NCBI RefSeq assembly: GCF_006345805.1
Contig: NC_043000.1
Coordinates: 134,726,001 to 134,790,000 of the forward strand
Source of the DNA: Octopus sinensis
Taxonomy: Eukaryota
DNA: 64,000 nt
Reading direction: 5' to 3'
The notes beneath the pieces are model-generated. The model did not search any database. It worked only from the letters and a program-made list of their open reading frames with translations, and had not been told where the DNA came from. Shown here in pieces: positions 11,331 through 23,851 of this stretch; position 1 is the first letter of the stretch; every line of letters begins with the position of its first letter. The position numbers were made by a program, and so were the translations under genes.

Positions 11331-14300
11331 TATGTTCATGATAATTACATATGTCCACAACAGCAAGTTCAAAGTTTTAGACACTTGTTATATCTGAGTA
11401 TCATACATAATTTATCATTACCCAAGCATTGTATTATAAAATGGTCCTGACATTGAATTGGCATTTACTTTAAATATTCCTGCAATGTCACAATAACATT
11501 AGCATAACAATGATAGCACAGACCGGATAGATAGTGTACAGATGTTGATTGGATATCTTTTACATATTAATAGTATACAGAAAACAAGCAACTATCTGGA
11601 ATACTTATAAACATTACTGGGCCTTTGGCTTAATGTTAGACTGGGCTTGCCTGTACTTTGTTAATTTGGGTTTGGATGTAGAAAAATGTGTTGGAGACAC
11701 CTACAGCTTTCAACAAGCTGCAAAATAACAAAAAAGTACAGTAATTATCAATGTAATTTTTAAGTTGTAATACAATAGATGATACCAACCAAACTGTAAT
11801 AAAACCTTTTAATGTTATCTAAAATATTCTTACAGTTGTGGCTTCTTCTTCAATGTTGGAACACAGTTCATATATTCAGTATTTCTTTTTGCTTAATTTT
11901 TATTTAAAAGTCAAAGTAGCTAACACACTGTTCTAATTTGCTAACACCCATTCTTTTTAAGAGAGTATCAACATTTTGTGTCAAGCTATTCATTTGAAAT
12001 TACTTCTTAACATGATTTTACAGCAACAGGTTTGTGATATTTGTCTAACCTATTTAATTAATCATATTCCTAAATATTATGCAACATATTTGCAGGTATG
12101 ACCATATGGTTTAAGATTTTGTTTCAGAACTATCTGGTTTGAGGTTTGATCCTACAGTGTGGCACCTTGGGCAAATGTCTTCTACAATGCCCTCAGGCTT
12201 GATCAAAACCTCATGAGTGAAATTTGGCACACAGAAACTATGTAGCAGACTGACGATGGGACCGTTACTTTCTTGGGCGAAAACTTAATCCACTGTCTAA
12301 TTTAACACTACTACCCAGGCCCTTGTATACCGTTAGTGAGGTCCACAGTTTTTGGTTCAAGTCTCCAGTCAGACGATAACTTTTCATCCCTCCCACCACA
12401 GACGCTACTCTTCTTTCATTAACTAAGCCATTAAGAAAAAAAAATTATTTCTAATTTAAAGGATTTGTCATCTTCGAGGGCTTCAATTAATAAACTACAG
12501 ATTCTCCACATTCTCATGCAGTACCATGTGGAGTTCAATGTAAAACCTATATATATATATATATTTTTTTTTTCAATGGGAAAATACCTTTCACATTACC
12601 GATCTCCCCGTTTTCTGTTTTTTTTTTAAGAAAGCAATTTTTCTATAATGTAAAAGAAACCTGTAAAAATAGCTACAAAATTACCTGCGTCACCAACTAG
12701 ATTAAATGTCGACATCAAATTATCTTCACGGTACATTTATTTTAAAATTATGAGGTTTAGCCATGACATCTTATCCTTTTAGGTAGTGTATATAGAGACA
12801 CATTATAGAATGTGTACTTTGGTAATTTACCTGTTAATCAGAGAGAGGCGACCCGTGACAAGAAGTAGGTGGTTATAATACAAAAAGCAAAACAAAACAA
12901 CCTTCCATGTAGATTTATGCTTGTGACTGAAGCCCGCTAGGAAAAGCAATATTTCCAATGAAAATTCACCGGTGATTACAAAGCTGTGGCTTCACTTGTT
13001 GGAGCCGGTTCAATTCACCCCCAGGTGTACACCGACGTGAATACAAATATATTTCTATGTAGAGTTAGTTGGTAACTTCTTTAAAAAAAATACCTAACAC
13101 AACCAAAAGATAAATCTTAGGACGCTTTCACATTTCCTCTCATTTCAACTGAATCCTATGACGCCAACATGCTTTAACAAAGCAACCAAAGTTGGTCTTG
13201 TGAATAAAGAATACTAACGATTCCACGTATCGCTAATTGGTCATCGTAACACAAAAGACTTTATTAAAAAGCAAAAAAGAGGCGTCTCAACAAAAGCTCC
13301 GTTTCAACCATCATAATCCTATCATCTTAACCACTCTACATAATGAGCTTTTTTTCATTTTTTTTTCAAGTAGAATATTATTGATAAAACCTACCTTTCG
13401 CTATTTATATTAAAACAGATTTATATATCAAATACATTAAGAAAAAAAAACAAACTAGTTTATGCTTTTAGGTTAAAACCCTTTTTGTGTAAACATATCA
13501 AGTACAATCTGTTCTATACCATTTGAACTCTTCATATGATTCTTGTCTTTCTACCACAGTAATGATTTTCAATTTTCGTTATAATGAAATCTATAAACCC
13601 TAAATATAACTTATTTTGTGAGGTTCAGCATATGGAGGGATTAAATAGGAAAAATGGGTACGATACTTATATACATGTATGAAAAAAAGATTTATCAAAA
13701 AAGATCCACAATGCCAAATTGCAATCGTGTATAGATTAACATTTTATGTCTCTTCATTCAGCATGAATTGACGATATATAAATATAATTTCCATCAATAA
13801 ATATAAATATAATTTCCAGCGATAAGGAAGATTAAAACCAATGCTGTTCATGAACATTTTTTACCCCATTTATTTCGTGTCTGTATTATTTCAGAGCAGG
13901 ATCTTTCAAATAAATTTTTTGCCATCTCTATACAACCACTACTATCACATAATTACTTCAGTAATAAGATTCATATATTTAATTGTTACAGCAGTGATAT
14001 CGTCAAAAATATAGAAATACGTATATAATAAGAAGGGGCGGGTGAACTGTAAACAAGACAATAATAAGTAAACGAAATCAGTAAGCCCACAACTAAGCGC
14101 TTATTGATGAGGTGGGCACCAACATTATATTTCTATATCACCATTATCCACGTCGAAAAAAATTAATACAGAATACCAACTTGCATCAATTTTATAAAAT
14201 AACCGGACAGAAGCAACAACAAAATAATGATTGTAACGACAAAATATATCCAAAGATGATTTTTAAAAGAGAAGCCGTTTATTTTAATACATTTATCCAA

Positions 14301-14551
14301 GTAACCAAGCAGCAGAGAGGGGAACATCGATGCATTTTCTTGTGCATTTTACACATACAAAATAAGATGCAATCGAAAAGTTTATAGAAGCCATATATTC
14401 GAGCATCCTTCTATAAAGGAATTCAATTGTAATAGCATAAAGATTGAGTGTAAAAATCGCATCGCAGCTTAATATTTTGTAAATGCCCAATAAAGTAAGG
14501 TCATGTTGCCCTCAGTTAAATCGTATCAAAATAAGAATTGACGGTACTTAC

Positions 14552-14724
14552 CAGGGATCGAATTCATGTATAATACTTTCGAATCGAATAACTGAGAAAA
14601 GCCTGGAACTGAAACCGGCAAGCCAGGCTAATGCTAGGATAAAAAATGTCAAAAGACTTTTCCAGCCTCTAGGATTCCATATCGCAGTGCGGATATCTGT
14701 TTTCACCACACCGGTATCCGCCAT
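14552..14724 (-). CDS. STT3B: First coding exon of oligosaccharyltransferase catalytic subunit STT3B; later exons not found in the window
   Basis: ATG at 14724 reads MADTGVVKTDIRTAIWNPRGWKSLLTFFILALAWLAGFSSRLFSVIRFESIIHEFDP(W). This matches the STT3B signature GWxSLLxFxILxLAWLAGFSSRLFxVIRFESIIHEFDPW; STT3A has SVIHEFDPY. Phase-2 donor TG|GTAAGT at 14551. Confidence 0.95.
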
Positions 14725-15075
14725 ATTTCTCACACTGCTTAACTAGTAACCGTAACGTAACAAACAGTTCGATTCATGTGAATACGGATGTTCAAAAGAA
14801 CTAAATTTATACACAAAAATAACGCAATGACAATACTTCATACATTCCTTATATTTCGAACGTAATATTTATGGCACAAATTTAAGCCTGTTAAAGGAAT
14901 TTAACTTATCTTGTATGAATTTTTGATCATATCCGGAATAAAACAGTCGCTGTTGCAAAGAAGTGCGAGCATTATTTGTATACCATAGTTATGCTACGCT
15001 CTCGTTTTAGTGATCGTTCGTTTTCGTAAACTTGACTTTACGTCGCCACGTCCGGAAATTTAACCAATCATAATT
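14725..15075 (-). promoter_or_regulatory. 5' UTR and promoter region of STT3B
   Basis: CpG-retaining unique sequence upstream of the ATG. Clustered GCCACGTC (15045-15052), CCGGAAAT (15052-15059) and AACCAATCA (15062-15070). Confidence 0.6.
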
Positions 15076-16069
15076 GACCAGGTGGAAGCTGAAAGTAATA
15101 TTCAAATAATAATGTTTCGTATACGACAGGCACAGGTTTGCACATTTACTGGGTGTGTACGTTCAATGGGACTTCGACCCGGGATCTTAGGTGGAGCCGA
15201 GTTGGTCTCGGCAGCATTTGAACCCAAACATAAAGCAGCGTGACTTAAATACTGCCAGACATTTAATCCAACGCTCTACCATAATCAGCCCCCCCCCCAT
15301 CTTATTTGTCGTAATACAAATAATAATTAAATAAAAAATGCATCATTTATTTATTTTATTAGAAACACGTTTTACAGATTTATAAAGCAAGCAAAGCTAA
15401 CAAAAATTATGGGAGTTCATTCTACCGTATTAATGTAGGAAATGGGCAATTAAGTAGAAACAAAATGTTTCTGCCAAGGACACATCATGTTTATTGAAAA
15501 AAAATATTATGGCCCTGAGTTTTGAGGGTCATCAATATTATTAACTGAATATCGAAGCAGCGAGTTGACAGCATCGTTAGCGAGCCGGACAAAATGCTTG
15601 GCGGCAAAGAAGGAATAATGAAAAAAAAAATCTCCACGTTTTGAGTTCAAATTCCGTCGAGGGTGCAGTTGGAAAGGGAGATAAAATAGTGGTAATAAAG
15701 TGTCAGGGTGGATCCTGAGGGTTCAAGGAAGAGAAGAAGGGTAAAGTGGTGACTGAAAAACAGGGAGGGAGAGGCTGTAAAAGCTGTAAGATAGTGAGGG
15801 ATGATTAAAGGAAAAGTATTATGTAGAACAAGGGTTGAAGAGCGGTTTATAATAAAACGGTGTAGGGCCGGTCGGGAAGATTAGGTGATGGTTGTAGAGA
15901 ATGTGTTGGGTTGAGGGTTAGAAGAAGTGAATGGTGGACAGGCGTGAAGTGAATGTTTTTAAAACATACGAATAATAAGTTCATGTTTTAAATTGATATC
16001 GTTCATTCTGAAAGCTAAAAGTGCTGAAGAAAGCAAAAATTTTGAAAACAATTATATCTTTTAATCTAT

Positions 16070-16460
16070 ATTTTTTACTTGTTTCAGTTATTGGACTGCG
16101 ACCATTCTGGGGCACCACCTTCAAGGGTTTTAGTCGAACAAATCGACCCTAGGCCTTATTGTTTTTGAAGACTAGTACTTTTTCTATCGGTCTGTTTTGT
16201 CGAACCGCTAGTTACGTGGACGTAAACAAATCGCCATCGGTTATCAAGTGGTGGTGGTGGTGGGGACACATCCCCACACACACACACACACGCACATACA
16301 CACGACAGGCTTCTTTCAGTTTCCAAATTCCCTCACAAGGCTTTGGTCGGTTTGAGGCTATAGTAGAAGACAATTACCCAAGGTGTCACGTAGTGGGACT
16401 GAACCTGGAACCATGCTGTTGAAAAACAAGCTTCTTACCACACAACCACGCCTGTGCCTA
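16070..16460 (-). mobile_element. tRNA-derived SINE family 1
   Basis: Reverse complement of the 44163 copy, with an internal CA microsatellite. Confidence 0.85.
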
Positions 16461-17029
16461 TAAGCAATTATTCTTTTGTTCTTTCTTACGTTTTAGCCCT
16501 AAGGCTGTGGCCATACTGGAGCACCAAGCAATTATATAAAAACAAACAGGAAAACAACCATACTAATAATCCTTTCTATTATAGGCACAAGACCTGAAAT
16601 TTTGTGGACAGAGACCAGTCGATTACTGGCACTTATTTTATCGACCCTGAAAGGTCAAAAGGCGAAATTGACTTAGAATTTGAACTCAGAATGTAAAGAA
16701 GGACAAAATGCCTCTGCTACACATCTAAGCACCCTGTCTATTGATCTAATGATAATATTATTATTATTCTGCTAGCTTGCAGTTGGCAAATTAATATTAA
16801 TAATGATCCTTTCTACTATAGGTGCAATGTCTGAAACTCTGGGGCAGGGTCTAGTTGATTGTATTGACCTCAGTGCATAACTGGTACTTATTTTATCAAT
16901 GCCCAAAGAGATGAAAGGCAAAGTCAACCTTCGCAGAATTTGAACTCAGAACATGCCATTATGCATTTTGCCTGGTGTGCTAATGATTCTGCCAGCTTGA
17001 TGCCTTAATCTAATGATGATGATGATGAT

Positions 17030-17440
17030 AATAATGATGATGATGATAATAATAATAATAATAATAATAATATAATAATAATAATAATCATCATGTAACG
17101 TCCGCCATCAATGCTGGCATGGGTGGGATGGTTTGACAGGAGAAGCCTGCATCAGACTTCTGTGACTGTTTTGGCAGTTTTTTTACACCTGGATACCCTT
17201 TCTAACACCAACCACTCAGCAGAGTGAATTTAGTGCTTTTTATGTGGCACAAGCACAGGCAAGGTCAATTTTGGCAAGGTTTTTACAACAAGATACCCTT
17301 CCAAATGCCAACTACTTTACAGCATGGACTGCATGCTTTTTAAGTGGCACCTGCACTGACAGGGTTACCAAGTAACTTTCAAGACAAAAATCTTCTAAGT
17401 GAGGTTAAGGCATTGGAGAAGGTGATCTTGTGTCTGATGA
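17030..17440 (-). mobile_element. RTE 3'-end fragment with (ATG/AAT)n tail
   Basis: CATCATGTAACGTCCG...ATGCTGGCATGGG motif. Confidence 0.7.
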
Positions 17441-18242
17441 TGAAAGGTTATAGTGAGACAGAGAGACAGAAACAGGTGTCTTGCTGTAGAGGAGGTATAA
17501 GGTTACCCAGCCAGAGAGAGAGAGAAAATGAAGACAGAAACATATGCTGCCCAACCTGAGGGAAGTGCAGGAGAAAGGGAGAGAGTGGGGGACAGTTGGA
17601 TAGAAATGGTGGCAAAGTGCCAGGCATACTCACAAGGGCTAGGGATCAGAATATAAATGGGATGGTTGAGTAAAGGAAGAGAGAGATAACGAAGGGCATA
17701 CCTTTGAGGTTTGATGGTCATAAAATAAGTGGCTGGATATTGTGAAAGAAGCATGATTAGAAGGGGAGAAGTGAGTGGTGAAAACATGGGTATATATATA
17801 GTGGTGGGTGCTACCAGATAGCAATGATAGAGAAAAACAGGGCTGTGAGATCAGGATTGGGGAGTGAGAGGTAGGCATAGCATATGAAGGAGGAAATGTG
17901 AAGAACAAAAGAGATGTAGATTGGTTTGTTGGGCTAGGGTGTGTGAAAAGTTTTCTTGTTATGTGTGGGTGGAACACAAAGGTTGGGAGCTAGCAGATAG
18001 CAATGATATAGTGAGACAGGGCATGTAGGTGGAAAACACAGGTTGAGGGCAAGTGGATAGCAATGATACAGTGAGACAGGGCCGAGAGGACAAGATTGGA
18101 GAGTGGGAGGTAAGTATAGTGCATGAAGTGGAAATGCGAGGAAGAGAAGAGATGTAGTTTAGTTTGTTGTGGTAGGGTGTGTGAGAAATTTTTTTGTTAA
18201 GTGAAGGTGAGACACACTACTTCTAGAACTCAGTTTCGCTGA

Positions 18243-18590
18243 TGTGGGCGAATCTTTTCAAGAACCTCATATCACCAGACAATTTGGTCCATTGTCATTT
18301 CCTCCACAAGGCCCAACATCTTGAGATCAGTCCTTACCACTTCATCCCACATCTTCTGGGGGGGTCTCCCTCTTCTGCAGGTGCCACCCCCTTTCAGTAT
18401 CGGCACTTCTTTATGCAGCTGTCCTCATTCATATGCATCACATATTCAAACCAATGTAGTCTTCTCTCTTGCATGCTGCTCTGAAAGTATTATTGTCAAC
18501 AAAAGGATTCTCTCTCAGAGTGAAAGGTAGACTGTATGATGCTTGTGAGCGAACTGCTATACTCCATGGTAGTGAGACATGGGCTCTAAA
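18243..18590. mobile_element. RTE fragment with inverted 5' segment
   Basis: 18243-18478 on minus (MQERRLHW...NEDSC); 18478-18590 on plus (TKGFSLRVKGRLYDACERTAILHGSETW). Confidence 0.75.
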
Positions 18591-18702
18591 TCAGTGCTTC
18601 TCAAACTATCTGATGTGGCATACCGGCAGTTTTTTTTTTTTCCAATGTGCCAAAGACTGGTAATATTTCTTAGTAATATTAATTTATACTGGAAACAATG
18701 TA

Positions 18703-19137
18703 CAGGGGTTGGACAAAATAATGGAAACACCTTAAAATTTCAAGCAAATTTATTTTAATATGGGGTTGGACTGCCTTTGGCAGTAATTACAGCTTGAATT
18801 CTGCAAGATATGGACTCATACAAAGTTTGAATTGTTTCCAAAGGAATTTTTGCCCATTCTTCAGCTAAAACAGTCTCCTGTTTTTATAGTGATGATGGTG
18901 GAGGATATCAACTCCTTATTTGTTCAATATTATTGAGATCTCAATATTATTGAACATAAATGTTCAATAATATTGAGATCTGGGGACTGTGGGGGCCAGA
19001 TAAGATGTTCAACTTCACTAGAATGTTCCTCATGCCATTCAGTAACAACTTTAGCTGTGTGAATTGGTGCATTGTCATCCTGAAAGATTGTGTTTCCCTC
19101 CGGAAACAGTTCTGCAACCATAGGATGAACTTGATGT
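18703..19137 (-). mobile_element. Tc1-type transposon, 3' end
   Basis: TA|CAGGGGTTGGACAAAATAATGGAAACACC terminus; IFQDDNAPIHTAK...WPPQSPDLNIIEHL. Confidence 0.85.
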
Positions 19138-19994
19138 ATAGATTTGGGAGGTAAGACAATGGAAATATCAAAAGAGATTGGTGTACCAAGAATCCATGGG
19201 TAGAGGGTAGAAGTGGTACATTAGTCAGGTAGTAAAAAAAGAGTAGAAGGTGCTGTTGTAGTAGTAGAAAAGGCAGAGATGGAAGAAACATGATATCTAT
19301 AGATTAGGGGTTGTAGTGTATTTCTTAGTGTGTCTTTACCAATTTGCTGGATGATCTTTTTATTGAATGTTGTACTGGTACTTAATTTATTGACCCCAAA
19401 AGGATGAAAGGCAAAGTTGACCTTGGCGGAATTTGAACTCAGAATGTAGCGGCAGACGAAATACCGCTAAGCATTTCACCTGGTATGCTAACATTTCTGA
19501 CAGCTTGCTGCTTTATAATGTGAATCTTATAACATTTGTTGTCTGACATCCTGTACCAGTTGTTGACATTGTTGACTGAGCAAACCTATGATACATAAAT
19601 AATCAGCTAAACAAATAAATAAAATCTACTGACCCACATCTTCAGATATGTTTTGTCTCTGGCTTGAAAATCATAGTTCACATTTTAAAATGCAGTGGTT
19701 AATTGTATGTAGTATAGTGTTGCATTGTGCACATGCTGTATTCAATTTTCAACTTGTTTTTGAATGTCTGTTGATTTTGATGGTGACTACAGTGAATGCA
19801 TACTAAGTAGACTCAATCTGGACACAGCTGTTAATCCTCTACATTTAAAATTGCTACTGTGGAGCTCACCAAAATAATTCATAACAAACTTCAAAAACTA
19901 CTATTTGCTCACTGGCTAATAGGCTTAACTCTTTCGTTACTATATTTCTGTTGAAATACACTGCCTTCGTTTCAAATTTTGTTTGAAAATACTG

Positions 19995-21017
19995 AAAGAT
20001 TCCATCATGTGCCAGGGGAAAAACTAGAAGTAGTCGATAGCTTCTGTTACCTATGTGACCAAGTCAATAGCAAGAGTGTAGCTGCTAGAATAAGAATAGG
20101 CTGGGTAAAGGCCAGAGAGTTCCTACATATACTAGTAACAAAGGGCCTCTCACTCAGAGCGAAAGGCAGACTGTATGATACCTGTGTGTGAACAGCCATG
20201 CTACATGGCAGTGAAACATGGGCTATGACTGCTGAGTACATGTGTAGGATAGTAAGAAATGAAGCTAGTATGCTTCACTGCATGTGTAATGTCAGTGTGC
20301 ATACATGACAAAGTGCAAGTGTCTTGAGAGAAAAGTTGAGCATCAGATGTGGTGTGCAAGAGAGATGACTGTTCTGGTATGGTCATGTGATGTGTATGGG
20401 TGAAGACAGCTGTGTGAAGAAGTGTTTCACTCTAACGGTGGAGGGAACCTGTGGAAGAGGTAAATCCAGGAAGACATGGTGGTGAAGCTTGATCTTCAAA
20501 TGTTGGGCCTCACAGGGGCAATGACAAGTGACTGAGACATTTGGTGATATGCTGTGCTTGAGGAGACTCGTCAAGCCAAGTGAGACTGTAATTGTAGCCG
20601 ATGCCAGTGTCACATAATTGGCCCATCAAAAGCACCATTCAAACGTTGGGTGATATGCTGTTCTTGGGAAGACCTGTTGAGCCAAATGAAATCATAGTCA
20701 TGGCTGATGCCAGTGCAGTTTGACTGGCACGTAAAAAGCACCATTCAAACATTGGGCCTCATGGAGACAGTGACAGGTGACCGAGACCTTTGGAGATATA
20801 CCATGCTTGTGTAGACCTGTCAAGCTAAGTGAGACCATAATTGTAGCCAGTGTCAGGTCAATGGCACCCGTACTGGTGGCACATAAAAAACACCCACTAC
20901 ACTCAACCATAGAAACCTTGCCAAATCGGATCAGAACCCGGTGCAGCTCCCTGGCTTACCAGTTTTCAGTCAAACTGTCCAGCCCATGCCAGCATAATGA
21001 TGATGATAATGATGAAG
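19995..21017 (+). mobile_element. Degenerate RTE LINE 3' part
   Basis: KLEVVDSFCYL...KGRLYDTCV; ORF-end block reiterated around 20540-20850; (GAT)n tail. Confidence 0.85.
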
Positions 21018-21034
21018 ATGGGATCTTTTAATTT

Positions 21035-21312
21035 GTGGAGGCACATGGCCTAGTGGTTAGTGCAGCGGACTCGCAGTCGAGGGATCGTGGGTTCGAATCT
21101 CAGACCGGGCGATGTGTGTGTTTATGAGCGAAACACCTAAGCTCCACACAGCTCCGTTAGAAGGTAATGGAAAACTTCTGCTGACTCTTTTGCCATAACT
21201 TTCTCTCACTCTTTCCTCCTGCATCTCGCAGCTCACCTGGTGGGAAACCTATATGCCAAGGAAACCGGGAAACCGGCCCTTCTGAGCCAGGCGTGGTTCA
21301 AGAAGGAACGAA
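21035..21312 (+). mobile_element. tRNA-derived SINE family 3 (V-domain-like)
   Basis: GTGGAGGCACATGGCCTAGTGGTTAG...GGGTTCGAATCTC head; related to 27253-27566 and 57145-57450. Confidence 0.75.
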
Positions 21313-23285
21313 CAACAAAATCTTTTAATGTAGATCACTTTAAACAAGAAGTCTGTACCAAAGATCCAGGGGCTGTCTCAGGCAAGTTGGTAACTTGTGG
21401 GTTGGTTAAATCTCACCACAAATTCTGTGGCAAATCCATATTAATTTCAATTAATTAAATCTTTAAATTTAAATGTACAAAAGGTACAATTGGTATTCTT
21501 TTTTTCAGTACTTATTGTGCTCTCTAAATTGAATCTATAGTGAGATTTGAACCCAGAACAGAAATATGAGGAAACAGACATTTTGTTTTAACAGTCCCTT
21601 AACTAAGATACTAACTTTAGCTCATTGATTAATACTTAAACATATCTGACATATATATTAAGTCATTTGGTTTATAGTGTTTTGGTAACTTGACTATTTG
21701 TTTGGGTCTTCTCATAACTGTAGGTGTTACCAAGTGTTACCATTACATAAGATGACTAAAGCTTTATCATAAATGAAATTTCCTTAGGTTTAAAATACAT
21801 ACTATGGGAGACATTGCTGCTTTTATTTAGTCTCAAGTCAACTCTGACCAACAGATCTTATAATCAAGGATGTTCCAACCATGACTATCCATCTATTTTT
21901 GCTTTTTCAATTCAAAGTAGACTTTGTTCTTTTTTAGAGATAGTAGGAGATTTGGCAGATATTTCTTGGAGACTGAGCCACTCCAAGGAACAAGGGTGGA
22001 ACATCTTTTAAGTACTGGGAGTAAATTGCAAACACAGAAGACCCTGTTACAGAGCACATGTTGAGTCTTTAATTTTATAAATTCATAGTTATGTAATTTG
22101 TATTAAAATACTGCTTTTGTTATTGAAGTGTAAACTGTTTATTATGTTTATATGAGCTTTTATACCTCTCCTTGTCCTCAACCATTGCTCATATCGTTCC
22201 TTGAGGGTTTTGTTTTGGCATCCCATCCTCCCAGATACTCCCACCCTTATATAAATGTGGGGTAGCCATGAATTTTCTCAGTAGCATGACACCTCTGCTT
22301 GTCCCTAGAATAAAGCTACCTTTCCACCCTCTAAAATGCTTCCCCACTTTAGTTAAAAGGGCTTTTCCCCTCTTTTCCCCTCTTTCCTTTTTTCCTTCTT
22401 CTTACTCTTCTTTTCTATCTTGCAAACTACTTGACAACCTCACTAGTGCCGGTGGTATGGAAAAGGCACCCAGTACACACTATAAAGTGGTTGGCATTAG
22501 GAAAGGCATCCAGTCTTAGAAACTATGCCAAAGCTGACGTGGAGCATGATGCTGTCCAATGATTCACTGCATAATGTTAAACTGTCCAAACCATGCCAGT
22601 ATGACTATGGAAAACTGATGTTAAATGATGATGACGACGACGACAATGAGTTTTTTGAGATTTTTGTTGCAAATAGATCCAAATTTGAGTACAGGACTAA
22701 ATAAATCTCCAGGGTTCCTGCTCCTTGGCATAGAGGCTCCCTCATTAGCTTGCACAGAGAGAAGTATAATTCATTGCTGTAAGTGGCAGAAACACTATAT
22801 TTGAAGAGTATAACTGGCAGTGATGAGCTAAAAATCTCAATAGGATAAGTCTATGAAGGAATAAAACAGCCAAAAGCCTATAAATAATTTTTTATGACTT
22901 AAAGTAATGTCAGTAAGTTGTAAAATAGTTATTTTATTGGAGCATGCTGCATTATATTACAATTACTGACATCACTGGATTTGCATGTTTCTTTCCAATG
23001 ATATATATGTTTCTTTCCAATGATATTCTGCTGTTTGTGTACCTGAGATAACTAAATAATACATAATGTGAGGCATAAACATTTGATTACTATAAACAAG
23101 TCATTTGTGCAGGTCGTTTGGCAAAAGCTCAACGTTCATACATCATCTTTGATGGGAGAATCTATTATGCATGTATGTATGTATGTGTGTTTCCAATATT
23201 ATTATTAGAGATCATTCAAATGATGTCTATTATACTATCTAGATAATCCAATGTGTTCCATTCGAATAATTCGTAGTAGTTAATA

Positions 23286-23851
23286 TTGGGTTGTCCGGAA
23301 AGTTCATGCCAATTTATAGTAGCTTACCTTTCAACTTATTTTAGAACATGGTTGAGTCCATAAAATAGGATTTGGCTTCACCTCCATTTAGAACACAGTT
23401 TAAGCTATCTTTTAGTGGAAGAAGGTTTATGTTCCTATAACCTGTGTTAATTCTGTAACCCTTTAAAATGGAAGATAAGAAAGTTCATTTTCGGCACTTG
23501 ATGCTTTGGGAACCAGACAAAAATTGCTGCAGCTCAGCTGGGATGTGTTATCCTATCTTCCTTATTCACCAGATATTGCTCCTTCGGATTTCCACTTATT
23601 CAGGTCTCTGCAGAATAGTCTTAATGGTAAAAATTTCAATTTCTTGGATGATGTAAAAAGATACCTTGATGAATTCTTTGCCATGAAACCACCTCAATTC
23701 TGGGAAGAGGGCATTTTCAAGTTAAAGGAAAGATGGAGACACATTGTGCAACAAAATGGTTCATATTTGGTTGATTAAACATGTAATGGCAAGTATTTAT
23801 TGACCTTTTTCTTTCCTTTAAAAATCGGCATGAACTTTCCGGAGAACCCAA
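23286..23851 (+). mobile_element. Internally deleted mariner element
   Basis: TA-flanked ~30-bp TIRs (TTGGGTTG/CTCCGGAAAGTTCATGCC). MEDKKVHFRHLMLWE is joined to LPYSPDIAPSDFHLFRSLQNSL...NGSYLVD*. Confidence 0.9.

Noticed and set aside
17440-18230. Purine-rich, internally duplicated tract (similar bias at 15660-15960 and 19140-19320)
   Set aside because: Probably decayed retroelement sequence, but I could not assign a family or a function.
21035-21110. tRNA-like sequences at SINE heads
   Set aside because: They continue into SINE bodies and lack a complete cloverleaf; not tRNA genes.
21330-21390. Possible plus-strand micro-exon (DHFKQEVCTKDPGAVSGKL) with AG/GT borders
   Set aside because: No recognisable homology, weak splice signals, and no supporting neighbouring exons.
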